Below are positions 40,193 through 51,172 of a stretch of 64,000 nt of DNA, one piece after another. The notes below the pieces were generated by a model that did no database searches, had not been told where the DNA came from, and saw only the letters and a list, made by a program, of their open reading frames with translations. Each line of letters starts with the position of its first letter. Within the stretch, counting starts at the first letter, position 1. Made by a program: the position numbers and the translations under genes. This stretch comes from Planctomycetota bacterium (GTDB lineage: Bacteria; Planctomycetota; GCA-002687715; CAIWVZ01). Where the stretch lies: positions 1 to 64,000 of the forward strand of contig JBGANV010000012.1 in the NCBI GenBank assembly GCA_044222185.1, in the 5' to 3' direction.

Positions 40193-42226
40193 TCAGTCGA
40201 TGCGGAACCGCAGCGTATCCACCTGCTGGCGGATCACGCCCGTCGCGACGTCGGCGTCGATCAGGCGGACGCGGAACCACACCGACCGCGTGCCGTCCGA
40301 GTGTTCGTCGACGGCGTGGCCACCGACGAGTCCGAGCGGCGCCGGCGGCGGCTTCAGCGGGACGACCGCGGTCACGCGTCTGCGCGTTCTGACCTCGGCG
40401 GTGAAGATGAGGTCGTCGCGGTTTCGTTTGTGGGCGGCGTCCCAGCTGGATTCGACGCCCACGCCCGCGCCCCGCCAGCTGTAGATCGACGGCGACGCGT
40501 CGTACTTCCAGTCCGGCGGGATGAACTCCTCGCCGCGCCACCACTGGGCCGGAGCGTGGACGGTGACCTCACGTTCGTCGACCTCGACGCGTGCCGGTGC
40601 GACTTTCGGCGCCGCAGGCAGGCGGAGGACCATGGCCGGATCGCCGTAGTACGCCTCGTTGTAGAGCTCGTAGCGGTGAAGCCCGTGCTCTGCTTCACCA
40701 TTCACGAGGACTGACACCACCATCCGGTTCTGCGCGTACCGGTTGGCTTGCCCCAGACTCCTGCCCGCCAGCACGGCGTTCCAGAACTCGGTACGGAAGA
40801 TCTCCTGCTGCGCCACGGCGCGCCGCACGTTGCCGACGAATCCCACGGCGCCATTGCGCAGCAGGCGCAGCGCAACCGAGCGGTGCTCCGGGTCCTGATC
40901 GAGCGACGCCGGACTGCAGCCGGCGGATTCCACGAGGCATGGCGCCATCAGCACCTCGGAGTCGTGGAAGTAGGTCTTGCCGAGTTGGAGCCACGAGGAG
41001 TGCGCGTTGTGGATGAGCGCCCCGACGGACGTGAGCGGCGAGTCGTGCGCGACGGGCTTCTCCCCGTCGTGGAGGCTCGGCGCGGCGAAGCCCACGTTCG
41101 CGAGCGGCAAGGCGCCGACGCGTTCCCATTCCGCCGTCGCACACCGCCCGACGAATTCCGGAGCGACGAGGTCGTCGTAGACGAGGCTGCGCGCGGCGAG
41201 CAACGTGCCTGCAGCGGCGCTCTCCGCGACGAAGCGGCCCACGGACAGCTCCGTGAACAGGTCGGAATCCGTGTTGCCGTAGGAGAGATCCGACGGTGGA
41301 TCCTTGTCGATGCCCTCGCCCGACGGGATCGCCGGCATGGGGATCGCCTCCGGCATTCCCGCGAGGCAGAGGAACTCGGGGGTCGCGCCGAGGGCCTTGC
41401 GGAACTCTGCCAGCGTCGCTTGAGCCGCGGCGGCATCGGCCGCGGGCGCATCGCGCGTTCCGAGCGTGACGAGCGCACCGCGGCGTCCGGCTGCGAGGGC
41501 TGCACCCGCCAGCGAGAGTTTGCGGACGTGGCCAGCGGTCCGATCGCTGGGTGCCACGGCGGCGATGTAGGTTGGCGTCGTCCCCTGCCGACGCAGCCAG
41601 CGCGCCATGTCCTGGCAATCGCGCAGGCGCGCGATCGAGACTTTCACGTCGCCCGGTTTGAGGGCGTCGACATCTCCGACGGCGATGAGGGTGGCGGGGC
41701 CGAGCCGGTCGATGACACGTCGCGCGCTTGCCGACAGCCCGCCCGGTCCGCAGACGAGCAGTGGCGCCCGCAGGCGTGACGCGATCGGTACCGCTGCCAG
41801 CGCCGCCGCGTAGTCATCGTCGCGCACGATCACGACGTGGCGACTGCGCGCGGAGAACTCCGATGCGACCTCGCATGCCGCCTCGTCCGCCGAGAGGGCT
41901 TCGATTCGGATCGACGCGGCCCCGTCGACCGCAGGCAGTGGGCCGGCGCCACCGAGCCAGGTGACGCGCTGGGGATGCCATCGGCGGAGGAAGTCTCGGA
42001 CCGGCGGCGAGAGGGCACCGTCTTCACCCACGGCGAGCACGACGGGCTTCCCCCCGTTCGCTTCGGCCGCGGCCGGGATGGCGGCGAGGAAGGCGATCTC
42101 CTGCCACGAGGCCTCCCGAGGCATGGGAACGAGGAACGCGCTGCGGGTCGCGGGCGCCTGAGCCCACGAATCGAGCCCGGCCAGTGAGACGAGAGCGAGT
42201 GCCGTGAGGAGAGTCCAGCGGCGCAT
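40193..42226 (-). CDS. Secreted C25-family (gingipain-like) cysteine peptidase domain protein
   Basis: Signal peptide and CWB2-like N-region, then EFLCLAG..IP, SDLSYGNTD...ELSVGR, HNAHS (His), ESAGCS (Cys), GAVGFVG, LGQA and YYGDP. Confidence 0.72.
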   Translation of the reverse strand: MRRWTLLTALALVSLAGLDSWAQAPATRSAFLVPMPREASWQEIAFLAAIPAAAEANGGKPVVLAVGEDGALSPPVRDFLRRWHPQRVTWLGGAGPLPAVDGAASIRIEALSADEAACEVASEFSARSRHVVIVRDDDYAAALAAVPIASRLRAPLLVCGPGGLSASARRVIDRLGPATLIAVGDVDALKPGDVKVSIARLRDCQDMARWLRRQGTTPTYIAAVAPSDRTAGHVRKLSLAGAALAAGRRGALVTLGTRDAPAADAAAAQATLAEFRKALGATPEFLCLAGMPEAIPMPAIPSGEGIDKDPPSDLSYGNTDSDLFTELSVGRFVAESAAAGTLLAARSLVYDDLVAPEFVGRCATAEWERVGALPLANVGFAAPSLHDGEKPVAHDSPLTSVGALIHNAHSSWLQLGKTYFHDSEVLMAPCLVESAGCSPASLDQDPEHRSVALRLLRNGAVGFVGNVRRAVAQQEIFRTEFWNAVLAGRSLGQANRYAQNRMVVSVLVNGEAEHGLHRYELYNEAYYGDPAMVLRLPAAPKVAPARVEVDEREVTVHAPAQWWRGEEFIPPDWKYDASPSIYSWRGAGVGVESSWDAAHKRNRDDLIFTAEVRTRRRVTAVVPLKPPPAPLGLVGGHAVDEHSDGTRSVWFRVRLIDADVATGVIRQQVDTLRFRID

Positions 42227-42314
42227 GAGTGCTGCGAGCCTACCACGCCGACGGTAGGATCGGCCCGCGGATCTCGGTGGGACGGTCGGCGCGGCTCCGC
42301 TCGAGGAGGAAGGC

Positions 42315-45137
42315 ATGACTGACGTGAGGCGAGTCGTGCTCGGTGTGTGTGTGATCGCTCTTGCATGCGGGCCGGTTTCGATGCTCGCACAATCGCAGCC
42401 CTCCGAGACGAGGGCCGTCCGCCGCCAGCTCACCGGCAAGGTCGTCGACGTCGATGGCCGAGCGGTCTCGCAGGCCCGCGTGATGGTCGGCAACTGGGAG
42501 CGCCTCCGGCGCGTGACCGTGGAGGGAAACACGCTCGCCGGTGATCCCGTGCGGATCGAGACGACGAGGGACGGGCGGTTCGCGATCGACACGACGGGGC
42601 TTTCGACGCGTGGCGTGGTCGTCGCGATCGCGCCGTCGGGTGCCTGGGCCGTCGTCGACCCCGTTCTCACCGGCGACGTCAATCTCGTCGTCACCATCGG
42701 GAGTGCCGTCAAGCTCGAGGGCCGCGTGACGGACTCCAGGCGGCAACCTGTCGCCGGTGCGACCGTGCGTCTCGCCGCGCACGTCGGCGGCGCATGGTTG
42801 TCGCGGGCGGTCGTGACCGGCGGCGATGGCGTCTACCGCATGGGCGGCTTGCCGTACGACCCCAACCAACTCGAGTACGACGGGGCCGCCGTCGTCGTCA
42901 CTGCCCCGGGATTCGCGATGCAGCGCTGGTCGCTCGCCTGGTCGGACGAGAAGGTTGGCAAGGGCGGGGGCGATCGAACCTGGACGCTCGACGTGCCCCT
43001 GTCACGCGGCGGAGGTCTCACGGGAACCGTGCGCGATCAGTCGGGCGAAGCCATCGCGGGCGCCCGCGTGGTTGCTTGGGGGTCGACGCACGACATCCAC
43101 CTCAGCGAGATCGACCTCACGGCAACCTGCCCCGACCGCGTGATCGTCGGGTCGGCGACGACGACGGCCGAGGGCACCTACGAGATCCGCAACGTTCCGC
43201 TTCTGCGCCAGCTCGGCTGGATCTCCGGCGAGCACGATTGGACCGGAACGCTGCGCTCCGGCGCCCAGAAGCGATTCCACGGCGGGCTCGTCGTCGTGGC
43301 GAAGGGGTACGACCCTGCGATGCTCGAGCTACCCCGCGCGAGTCGTGAGGGTGGCGTGCTGACGCAGCCCATCGTGCTCAGACCTTCGACGCGCGTCCTG
43401 GGCCGCGTCGTCGACTCATCCGGTGCGGGTGTGAGCGGCCTTCGCGTCGTCGCCCGATTCGAGCACGGCGATCGGATGGTCGATCAACTGCTGTTCGATC
43501 GGGGACCGGGCGACCGGATCTGCGAGCAGGTCACGGGATCCGCCGGCGACTTCGCGTTCGACGGGCTGCCCGAGAGCACGGTGCCGGGAAGGCTCGAACT
43601 GTGGGCGATGGACAAAGCCGGCGTTGCCCAGGGAGCGTCCGCCGAGGTCGTCAAGCCCGGATCGGAGACGACGGTCAAGGACATCGTGCTCGACGGCCGT
43701 GCGACGTAGCGGTCGCTGACGGGCATCGTCGAGACGGAGACGGGGCGATGCGTGCCGGGCGTCGAGGTGAGATTGCAGGAGCGCCCCGAGCGCGGCGGAT
43801 ACGAGTATGCGAACGTCTCGGACGTCGACGGCAGGTTCCCGGTCCTCGAAGGGACCGAGAGCTGGTCGCTGCGCGCGTCAGCCCCCGGATTCGCTCCGAC
43901 GACGTTGCGCGACCCGATGACCACCATCGGTGCGGACGGCAATCTCCACGTCAAGCTCGGAGCGCCCGTTCCGCGCGGAGGAACGGTGGTCGATGCCGCC
44001 GGGCGACCCGTGGAAGCAGCGCGGATCGCATTCATGCCGAAGTCAAAGGAGGACGGCTATGCGTGGACCGTCAGCGACGCGAAGGGCAGATTCCGCTTCG
44101 ACGACCTCCCGGCGGATGCGGTCGGATCCGTGGACGTCGCGCCACCATTGCCCGTGGGAAGCCCGTCGGAGGCGAATCGCACGCAAACGGATTACGCCTT
44201 CAAGACGGAGCCTCGTCCCTTGGAACTCCTCTCGAAGCACGCGACCTACAAGCTCGATTGGCTGCCCGTGCCGCCAGGCATCACGCTCAACGTGAAGGTG
44301 CTGGACGAGAAGGATGGAGCGCTCGTCCCTGGACCGATCCGAGCGATGTTGTTCGCCAACGCGCGCTCGGCGAGGAAGCCCGAGCGTCGGGTCGACCCCT
44401 CGGGGGAGCCCCATGCCGAGGTGTTCACGCTCCATCAGTCGGATCCCGGGGTCGTGCGGGCGCGCGGCATTCCGGCCGGGGACCACAGCCTTTCGATCGA
44501 TGCGCCGGGGTTCGCGCTGCCCAAGCGCCTGGCGATCACCGTGGCCGAGTCCCCGGCGGCCCAGGAGGTGGTCGTTCGGATGGCGCGCGGCATGGTGCTC
44601 GCAGGCAAGGTCATCGTGAGCGGCAACCGGCCCGGACGCGGGCTCCTCCTGGTGAGTGCGGTCAGTTCCGAGATTACGAGCCAGACGTTCGAGTGCAGTC
44701 CCGAGGCGGACGGTTCGTTCCGGCTGCCGGTTCCGTGGTTCGGCTACACCGTGCAGGCGTTCGTGCGCGACCCCGACGGCAACCACCTGATGCAGTCCTT
44801 GATCGTCGAACTCGCCGAAGGCGCGGCCGAGTGCGGCAAGCTGACGCTGGAGGTCAAGCCGGCGGTCGTCTTGCGGTTGCGCATCGCGAAGGAGTTGCGC
44901 GAGGCCGGCACGTGCGTCCTCGTGCGCGTCGTCGACGGGGCAGAGCGCGTGTGGTTCGAACGATCGAGCCTCGACGCCAACCCTTACGTCGAAGGGGGGA
45001 AGGAAGGCGAGCTCGTGGCGAACGTTCCGGAGGGCCGTTACGTCGTCCAGCTGCTCGCTGGCTACGGACGCGACCGCGAGGTCGTGAAGACCATGAACGT
45101 CATCGCGCCGGCGATCGTGCAGATCACGCCGCCGTGA
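42315..45137 (+). pseudogene. Secreted multi-carboxypeptidase-regulatory-like-domain protein interrupted by one in-frame TAG at 43707-43709
   Basis: ORFs 42315-43709 and 43752-45137 are in the same frame. Reading through gives RAT*RSLTGIVETETGRCVPGVEV, another GxVxxxxGxxxxGxxV repeat start. Confidence 0.78.
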
Positions 45138-45188
45138 GGCCCGCGGCTCCCGGCGCGCGTGCGACGACGGCGCGCGTCGTGGGACCGT

Positions 45189-48074
45189 TCATCGACGTTC
45201 AATGGTCGCGTGGAACGTCGTGACCCCGGCGGGCACGACCACGCGTTGTCGGTAGACCTCGGATTCGCTGGCGCGTGCCTCGAGTCGGTACATCCCCGGA
45301 GAGAGGCGGAGATGGGGTTCGGCCGTTCCGTCGATCCCCACGATCGCGAGCAGTGCGCCCGCCTCGTTGAGTGCGACGACGGCCGCGGTTCGCGGTGGCA
45401 CCGCGATTTGCACGTCGACTCCCGCGGCGCGCCGGAGAGTCACCGGGATCGTGGTCTCGCTTCGGATCTCGATCTCCTGCAATGCGGGCGCGCGGGAGGA
45501 GTCGCCGCTCACGACGACCCAATACCGGCCGGGCGCCGCCTCGAACACGAACTCGGACGCGCTCGACGTCATGGCGCAAGGCCCGAGCGGAGTCCCGTCT
45601 TGAAGGAAGACGCCGATCGGACGCGACGGCTCGTCGGCACCAGCTTCGGACTGGACGCGGACGGCCGCGCGTCCGACGACGGGGACGCGAATCTCGCCCA
45701 GGTCCCAAGTCTCGTGGGCCTGGAGCTCGCGCGACCCGAGTGGGATGGGGATGCGCGCGTCGCCCCATTCGAAGACGAGGGTGTAGCGGCCCGGCGGGAG
45801 AGCACCACCCGCCTCGAATCGTCCGGTCTGGGGGTCGGGGCGAAGCGCGCGCGAGGCGTCGCACGCTCCCGCGAACATCTGCACGTATCCGTCCGTCGCC
45901 GGCTTCCCGTCACTCGCCAGGAGCAGGCCGCGGATGTGTGCCGACGGCACGAGTTCGTCGGCGACGACGATCGTGTACTCGGTGTCGCCCGGCGCGACGT
46001 CCTCGAGTGGCGCGAGAGTGCGGCCCGACTCGGGGTCGCGAACGTCGATGCAGAGCGCGGCGGGTGCGGGTGTGGGCACGGCGAAGGAGAATCGGCCCTG
46101 GCCATCCACGGGTCGCGCAGCCAGATCGACGAGCCTCGATTCGACGCGCCGGTAGAGGTGAACGGACGCGTGGACGACGTGCTCGTGCCGATCGACCACG
46201 CGGCCGTGGACACGCAGGTTCTCGTTCCGTGGTGGATCCCACCGCAGTTCGCCGCCCTCCGGAAATTCGAGCGTGGTCGTCGCGTGCTGTTGGGCCGAGT
46301 CGCGCGCGCGGACGAGGCGGCGGCCCGGCAGGATCCCGTCGAGGGAGTAGGTTCCATCGGGCGCGGCGGTCGTCGCACGGGCGCTGAACGGCCCGCTGCC
46401 CGCGACCTGGATGCGAAGTCGATCGGGCGAGAGTCCGCGCGCCGTTCCCACGAGTCGACTCTCCCGGAACAGGGTGATCGACGCGGTGGCGGCCTGCCCG
46501 ACTTCAGCATCGACGCGCGCTTCACCGATCGCGAAGCCCGCGAGGTACGCGACCACGTTGCACGGACCCGCCGGGAGCGAATCCACCCGGAACTGGCCGG
46601 AGTCGTTCGTTCGCGTCTCGACGGCGAGGTCGAAGCTGGCGGCGCCGCTCGCCGCCATCGCGGTCGTTTCCGGCGAGGCGAAGACGCGTACTCCCGCGAG
46701 CGCAGTCCCGTTCGATGAACGGACCGTGCCGGTCACGGACGCGCCGTCGGTCGTGATGCGGAAGTTGCGCTCGACCGGGCGCCCCGTGCCGCCGCCGACG
46801 CGTTGAGGTGCCGCTGGCGCCCGTCCGCGGACGTGGGCGAAGAGGGAGAGCTCGGCGTGGACGTCGCGCGCGGCGTAGCTCCCGTCAGACGTCGTGCGTG
46901 CGACGACCTGGGGCACGCGTCCGTCGCCGCTCACGAGGATCTCCGCGTCGGAGATCGGGCGATCGTCGCCGTCCAGAACCTGGCCCGAGACCGCCGTGCC
47001 CGGATCGAGCCGGTAATCGACGATGCGTTCGTGTCCCGGTTCGATCGTTGCGGCGACCCAGCGCTGCCCACGATCGACGCGAAGCGAGAACGTCGCCGGC
47101 GTGTCGACGATCGGTCCGGTCAAACCCATCGCATCGGTCGTGCGACTCTGTGGCTGGCCGCCCCAGCGCCCCGGGTGAAGGAACCCGACGGTCACGCCCG
47201 CCGCCGCCGTTCCGTCCGGCCACGAGACCCGCGCGCGCAGGCTTCCGACGACGGGGCCGCTGGCCGCGGGCCCGTCCCGATCGGTGAAGGGAATGGCCAC
47301 CGTCACGGCCGGTGTGGCCTGCGAACCGTTGCCCGCATTCGAGCGCCGCGCGAGTTCGTCGTCCGCGGCCATCGGTTGCGCGGTGGCCTGCGGCGACGAG
47401 CTCGGGCCGACGTCGCGCATCCACCACCAGCTCCCGACTCCCGCGAGCACGACGACACACGCCGCGACCGCGACCTTGGTCTGCATCGCCACGAGAACTC
47501 CTTCCATGACCGTCGTCGCCGCGCTGCCGCGCGCGAGGCCGGATCCACCGAGCGCGAGCGCCACGCTGGCCCAGGGATTCGTGCCGCCGTAACGGTCGTC
47601 GAGGTGGTTTCGGAGCCGTGCATGCGCGCGCTTCAGTCGCGTGCGGAAGGTCTCCACGGGTACCCCGACGTGCGCCGCCGCGTCCCGCGCGGACATTCCC
47701 TCGTACCACCGCAACAGGACCGCCTCGCGGAGATCCGGAGCGAGCGCGAGGACCGCATCGGCAACCGCCCGACGCATTGCTTCGCGGTCGGCGAGTTGCT
47801 CCGGCGTCGGAAGCGGCGCTCGTGGCGTCGCGGCTTCCTCGCGTCGCACGCGGCGGGCCGTCTCCCGCTTCAGCTTGCCCGCCAGGTTGCGCGCGACGGT
47901 CGCCAGCCACGCTCGCAGACGCCCCGGCCGACGCGGGCCGCCCTGCGCCGTCGCGAGCCAGGTCCGCTGCACGAGGTCGTCCACGTCGTCCCGCGCCACG
48001 AGCCGCGCGGCCACTGCCCGCAGGAATCGCTCGTGTGCCAGGAGTTCATCGAGTGTCACGCCGTGTGCGGTCAT
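45189..48074 (-). CDS. ECF sigma factor fused via a TM helix to carboxypeptidase-regulatory-like repeats
   Basis: DDLVQRTWL, RAWLATVARN and REAVLLRWYEG...VPVETFRTRLKRA, then a TM helix and repeats VSGQVLDGDDRPISDAEI / VTGTVRSSNGTALAGV. Confidence 0.9.
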   Translation of the reverse strand: MTAHGVTLDELLAHERFLRAVAARLVARDDVDDLVQRTWLATAQGGPRRPGRLRAWLATVARNLAGKLKRETARRVRREEAATPRAPLPTPEQLADREAMRRAVADAVLALAPDLREAVLLRWYEGMSARDAAAHVGVPVETFRTRLKRAHARLRNHLDDRYGGTNPWASVALALGGSGLARGSAATTVMEGVLVAMQTKVAVAACVVVLAGVGSWWWMRDVGPSSSPQATAQPMAADDELARRSNAGNGSQATPAVTVAIPFTDRDGPAASGPVVGSLRARVSWPDGTAAAGVTVGFLHPGRWGGQPQSRTTDAMGLTGPIVDTPATFSLRVDRGQRWVAATIEPGHERIVDYRLDPGTAVSGQVLDGDDRPISDAEILVSGDGRVPQVVARTTSDGSYAARDVHAELSLFAHVRGRAPAAPQRVGGGTGRPVERNFRITTDGASVTGTVRSSNGTALAGVRVFASPETTAMAASGAASFDLAVETRTNDSGQFRVDSLPAGPCNVVAYLAGFAIGEARVDAEVGQAATASITLFRESRLVGTARGLSPDRLRIQVAGSGPFSARATTAAPDGTYSLDGILPGRRLVRARDSAQQHATTTLEFPEGGELRWDPPRNENLRVHGRVVDRHEHVVHASVHLYRRVESRLVDLAARPVDGQGRFSFAVPTPAPAALCIDVRDPESGRTLAPLEDVAPGDTEYTIVVADELVPSAHIRGLLLASDGKPATDGYVQMFAGACDASRALRPDPQTGRFEAGGALPPGRYTLVFEWGDARIPIPLGSRELQAHETWDLGEIRVPVVGRAAVRVQSEAGADEPSRPIGVFLQDGTPLGPCAMTSSASEFVFEAAPGRYWVVVSGDSSRAPALQEIEIRSETTIPVTLRRAAGVDVQIAVPPRTAAVVALNEAGALLAIVGIDGTAEPHLRLSPGMYRLEARASESEVYRQRVVVPAGVTTFHATIERR

Positions 48075-48430
48075 CACGGGTTGAATCCCCGCGAACGCCG
48101 TCGGTGGTTCAACACCGGTCCGGGGGGCGATCGTCACCGATGTCCCGGGGCATCAGTGATCCGTAGAAACCTCTGCGCCGCGACGAATCCGCAGACGAGA
48201 GCGAACGTCACACGCGCATGAACGGGCCTGGGCGTCGGCACGGTCCACTCCTTCCCGGCCAGGTCGGACCGAGCTGCGAGCGTAGTTCCTCGCGATTCGA
48301 AACGCAACGCCCATCCCGGTCGGGAACCACTGACCGTCGAGTCGCGCGTTCGACATCGCGCCGCGACGTGAGCATCACCGCCGCCGTGATAGCCTCCGCA
48401 TCGGCTCATGCGCCGGTGCAGGAGGTTCCC

Positions 48431-48970
48431 ATGTCGATGCTTCTCGAGCGTCCGATGGCGGACGAGTGCGCGCCATTCTATGCGGGGTACGTCGCCAAGG
48501 TGCCGTCGGGCGCGGACGTCCGCGTGGTGCTGCGCGATCAGGCGCGGCGTCTCCCGGCGGCGTTCGCCGAGGTGACGGAGGCGCGCGCCGCATTCCGGTA
48601 CGCGGCGGGGAAGTGGAGCATCAAGGAAGTCGTCGGTCATCTGTCCGACGCCGAGCGCGTGTTCAGCTACCGCCTCCTGCGCATCGCGCGCGGCGACACG
48701 ACGCCTCTCGCGGGATTCGACGAGGACGAGTACGTGCGCATGGCCGACTTCGACCGGCGAACGTGGAGCGACCTCGTCGCCGAGTGGGTTGCGGTCCGAC
48801 AGTCGACACTCACGTTGGTCGGCGGACTGGATGATTCGTGCTGGTTGCGACGCGGCCTGGCGAGTGAGCGCGTGGTGACCGCGCGCGCACTTGCTTTCAT
48901 CCTCGTCGGGCACACGGAACACCACGCCGGCGTACTTCGCGACCGCTACGGCGTCGCCATGAGCGCGTGA
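48431..48970 (+). CDS. DinB family protein
   Basis: GGAGG RBS, YAAGKWSIKEVVGHLSDAERVF, GFDED and GHTEHH. Confidence 0.92.
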   Translation: MSMLLERPMADECAPFYAGYVAKVPSGADVRVVLRDQARRLPAAFAEVTEARAAFRYAAGKWSIKEVVGHLSDAERVFSYRLLRIARGDTTPLAGFDEDEYVRMADFDRRTWSDLVAEWVAVRQSTLTLVGGLDDSCWLRRGLASERVVTARALAFILVGHTEHHAGVLRDRYGVAMSA

Positions 48971-49012
48971 CCGTCGGCGACCGCGCGCGACGCGGTCGTC
49001 ATCGGGTCGCTT

Positions 49013-50416
49013 TCACTCGACGCCCTTGAACCCGATCCGCATGCAGCAGAGCGACGAGATCGCGGGGATCGACGCGTCCAGCGCCTGGGCGTAGAGCAGC
49101 GAGCCGTTCAGGGCGGCCGGCATTGGCGAGCCCAGGTTCAACTGAATGGGAGATCCGGCGGACGCGAAGGTGACGGCCCCCGGTGCATACGGGTGGAGGA
49201 GCAGCATCACACCGGGTGCGACGAGCACCCCGGGGATGTCGACGGGGCTGACATAGACGGTCAAGATGTTCGCCGTCGGCGGCGTGAGGTCCCAGCGCAA
49301 GACGCTGTCGTTGTTGTCGGCGTAGACGTTGGGGTTGAGTGAGAGCCTCCCGAGCGTCGTTGCGCCAGCCACGTCGAACGTGCGCTCGTACGTTTCCGTG
49401 AGCCACGTCACCGCCTGGGCGTCGGGGATCGGCGCGACCGCGATCGGCGTTCCCGTCGTGTTGTTGGCCGCGTTCGCATAGGCCGTGATCGCGCCGTCGC
49501 TACGCAGCACGTAGTAGTCGCCGTGGTTGTCCGCGGTCACGGAGATCGGCAGCGTCGCGAGCCCGCCACGCAGGTCGACGCTGAACCAGGAACCCGTCGC
49601 ATTCATCCGCAGCACGAATGTCGCTCCGGGAGGCATGCCGCTGAGCTGCAGGTACGGGTTGAACCCGCACACGACGAGGTCGAACCCGCCGAGACACCCC
49701 GCGGCCGTGCATGGATTCCAGCTCAGGTCGGTGATGAAGGACGGGCCGACGGCGGAGAACGGGTCGGCAAGCGCTCCGGTCACCGCGAAGCTCGACGAGA
49801 GCATCACGATCGGGCCGTTCGTCGTCGCGACGAAGATGGTCCCGTCCGTCTGGCGGATCGCCATCGCCGACATGTCGCCCACGCCGGTGACCGAGACCCA
49901 CCCTCCGGCGGGCACGAACGTGCCGGGCGTGTATCGGCGGAATGCGGCCTGCGGTGGGGTGAGGAGCGAGTCGAAGGCGGCCGCGACGATCTGGCCACCG
50001 CTGATCGTGCGATCGAACGCGACGTCGCGGATGAGTCGGCCCCCCCCAAGCTGAATGGCGCACGGGCCGAGGCACGCGCCGACGCGGGGGATCACGAAGG
50101 GGCTGGTGAACTGGTCGATCTGCGTCTGCACGACGCCGCCCGCGAGGCTGGCACGAACGGCGTACACCTCGCCGTGGAGGGAGTTCTGGCACGACTTCAC
50201 CGTCGCGCCGCCCGGCTGGTTCCCAGGTCCGAAGACGACCCAGGTTCCTGGCATGGGGCCCGTTCCGCGGAGGGTGTAGTAGTCCGTGCTCCCGCCGGCG
50301 CCGAGGGCCGCGACCGAGAGATCGATGGTCTGCGAGTGGACGGCTCCCCCGAAGGCGACGACGAGCGCGAGGACGAGCCGGATTGATGCGTGACGACGTG
50401 CGGATTGCAGTCTCAT
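49013..50416 (-). CDS. Secreted beta-propeller-like hypothetical protein with the shared C-terminal domain
   Basis: AAGGAG RBS, signal peptide ...AVHS|Q and C-terminus MPAALNGSLLYAQALD...SS. Confidence 0.78.
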   Translation of the reverse strand: MRLQSARRHASIRLVLALVVAFGGAVHSQTIDLSVAALGAGGSTDYYTLRGTGPMPGTWVVFGPGNQPGGATVKSCQNSLHGEVYAVRASLAGGVVQTQIDQFTSPFVIPRVGACLGPCAIQLGGGRLIRDVAFDRTISGGQIVAAAFDSLLTPPQAAFRRYTPGTFVPAGGWVSVTGVGDMSAMAIRQTDGTIFVATTNGPIVMLSSSFAVTGALADPFSAVGPSFITDLSWNPCTAAGCLGGFDLVVCGFNPYLQLSGMPPGATFVLRMNATGSWFSVDLRGGLATLPISVTADNHGDYYVLRSDGAITAYANAANNTTGTPIAVAPIPDAQAVTWLTETYERTFDVAGATTLGRLSLNPNVYADNNDSVLRWDLTPPTANILTVYVSPVDIPGVLVAPGVMLLLHPYAPGAVTFASAGSPIQLNLGSPMPAALNGSLLYAQALDASIPAISSLCCMRIGFKGVE

Positions 50417-50707
50417 GGCGAGGGTCTCCTTGCCGTTGGGTCGGGGTGTCCGGCGCCGGCCGTTGAGCGCCGTCAGCAGCGAGAGGCCCATCGCTCCGCG
50501 GTCGTCACGCTCGGCCGCGCGCGATTTCGAATGCGTGTGCGGCGGCGCATCATCCGGAGTTCGGGGCCGGTCCCAGGAGGCTCGGCCATCGCGACGGATC
50601 CGCTTGAAGCCCGTCCTCATCACGCCGAGACTTGCGTCGTTCGACGTGTCGCCGTTTCATCTCGTGGAAGAAGCCGGCCGCGGCGGAGAGTCCCACGGAA
50701 CGCAACG

Positions 50708-51097
50708 ATGTCCCAGAAGCACCGAATCCGCACCGAGTCGTTCACGCAAGACGCCATCCGATTCGTCGGGGAGGCGGACGGGGCGCTCGAGCGCGCGTTC
50801 AAGGTTCGAGCGGCGGTCGTGCTCCGCGACGAAGCCGGTGTCGAGCGGGCGTACCTCGTTCGTGCTCTCTACGACTCTGCGTCAGCGGAGGCTCTCATGC
50901 TTTGCCTTCGCTCCGCCACTCCGCCGCGTCCGCTCCTTCGGGAGATCGGGGCCGTCTTCTCCGGGCTCTTCGGCACGGAACGTCACCTGGATCTGTTGAT
51001 CCTCGACGATGTCCAGGAGAAGGACGTGACGGGGGCCTGTCGTCCGTTCTACGACCGAGCGGTGCCCGGGCCCGAGTCAGGCACGCCGCGATCGTAG
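50708..51097 (+). CDS. SseB C-terminal-domain-like protein
   Basis: IRFVGEADG..ER, VERAYLVR..Y, LCL, F...FG...HLDLLIL and CRPFY. Confidence 0.65.
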   Translation: MSQKHRIRTESFTQDAIRFVGEADGALERAFKVRAAVVLRDEAGVERAYLVRALYDSASAEALMLCLRSATPPRPLLREIGAVFSGLFGTERHLDLLILDDVQEKDVTGACRPFYDRAVPGPESGTPRS

Positions 51098-51172
51098 GGA
51101 GGTGTTGCCGCACCGAGTCCGTATCACGTGCGAGCCGAACCGGCCTCGAACGATGGCCGTGGATGGAGACGC

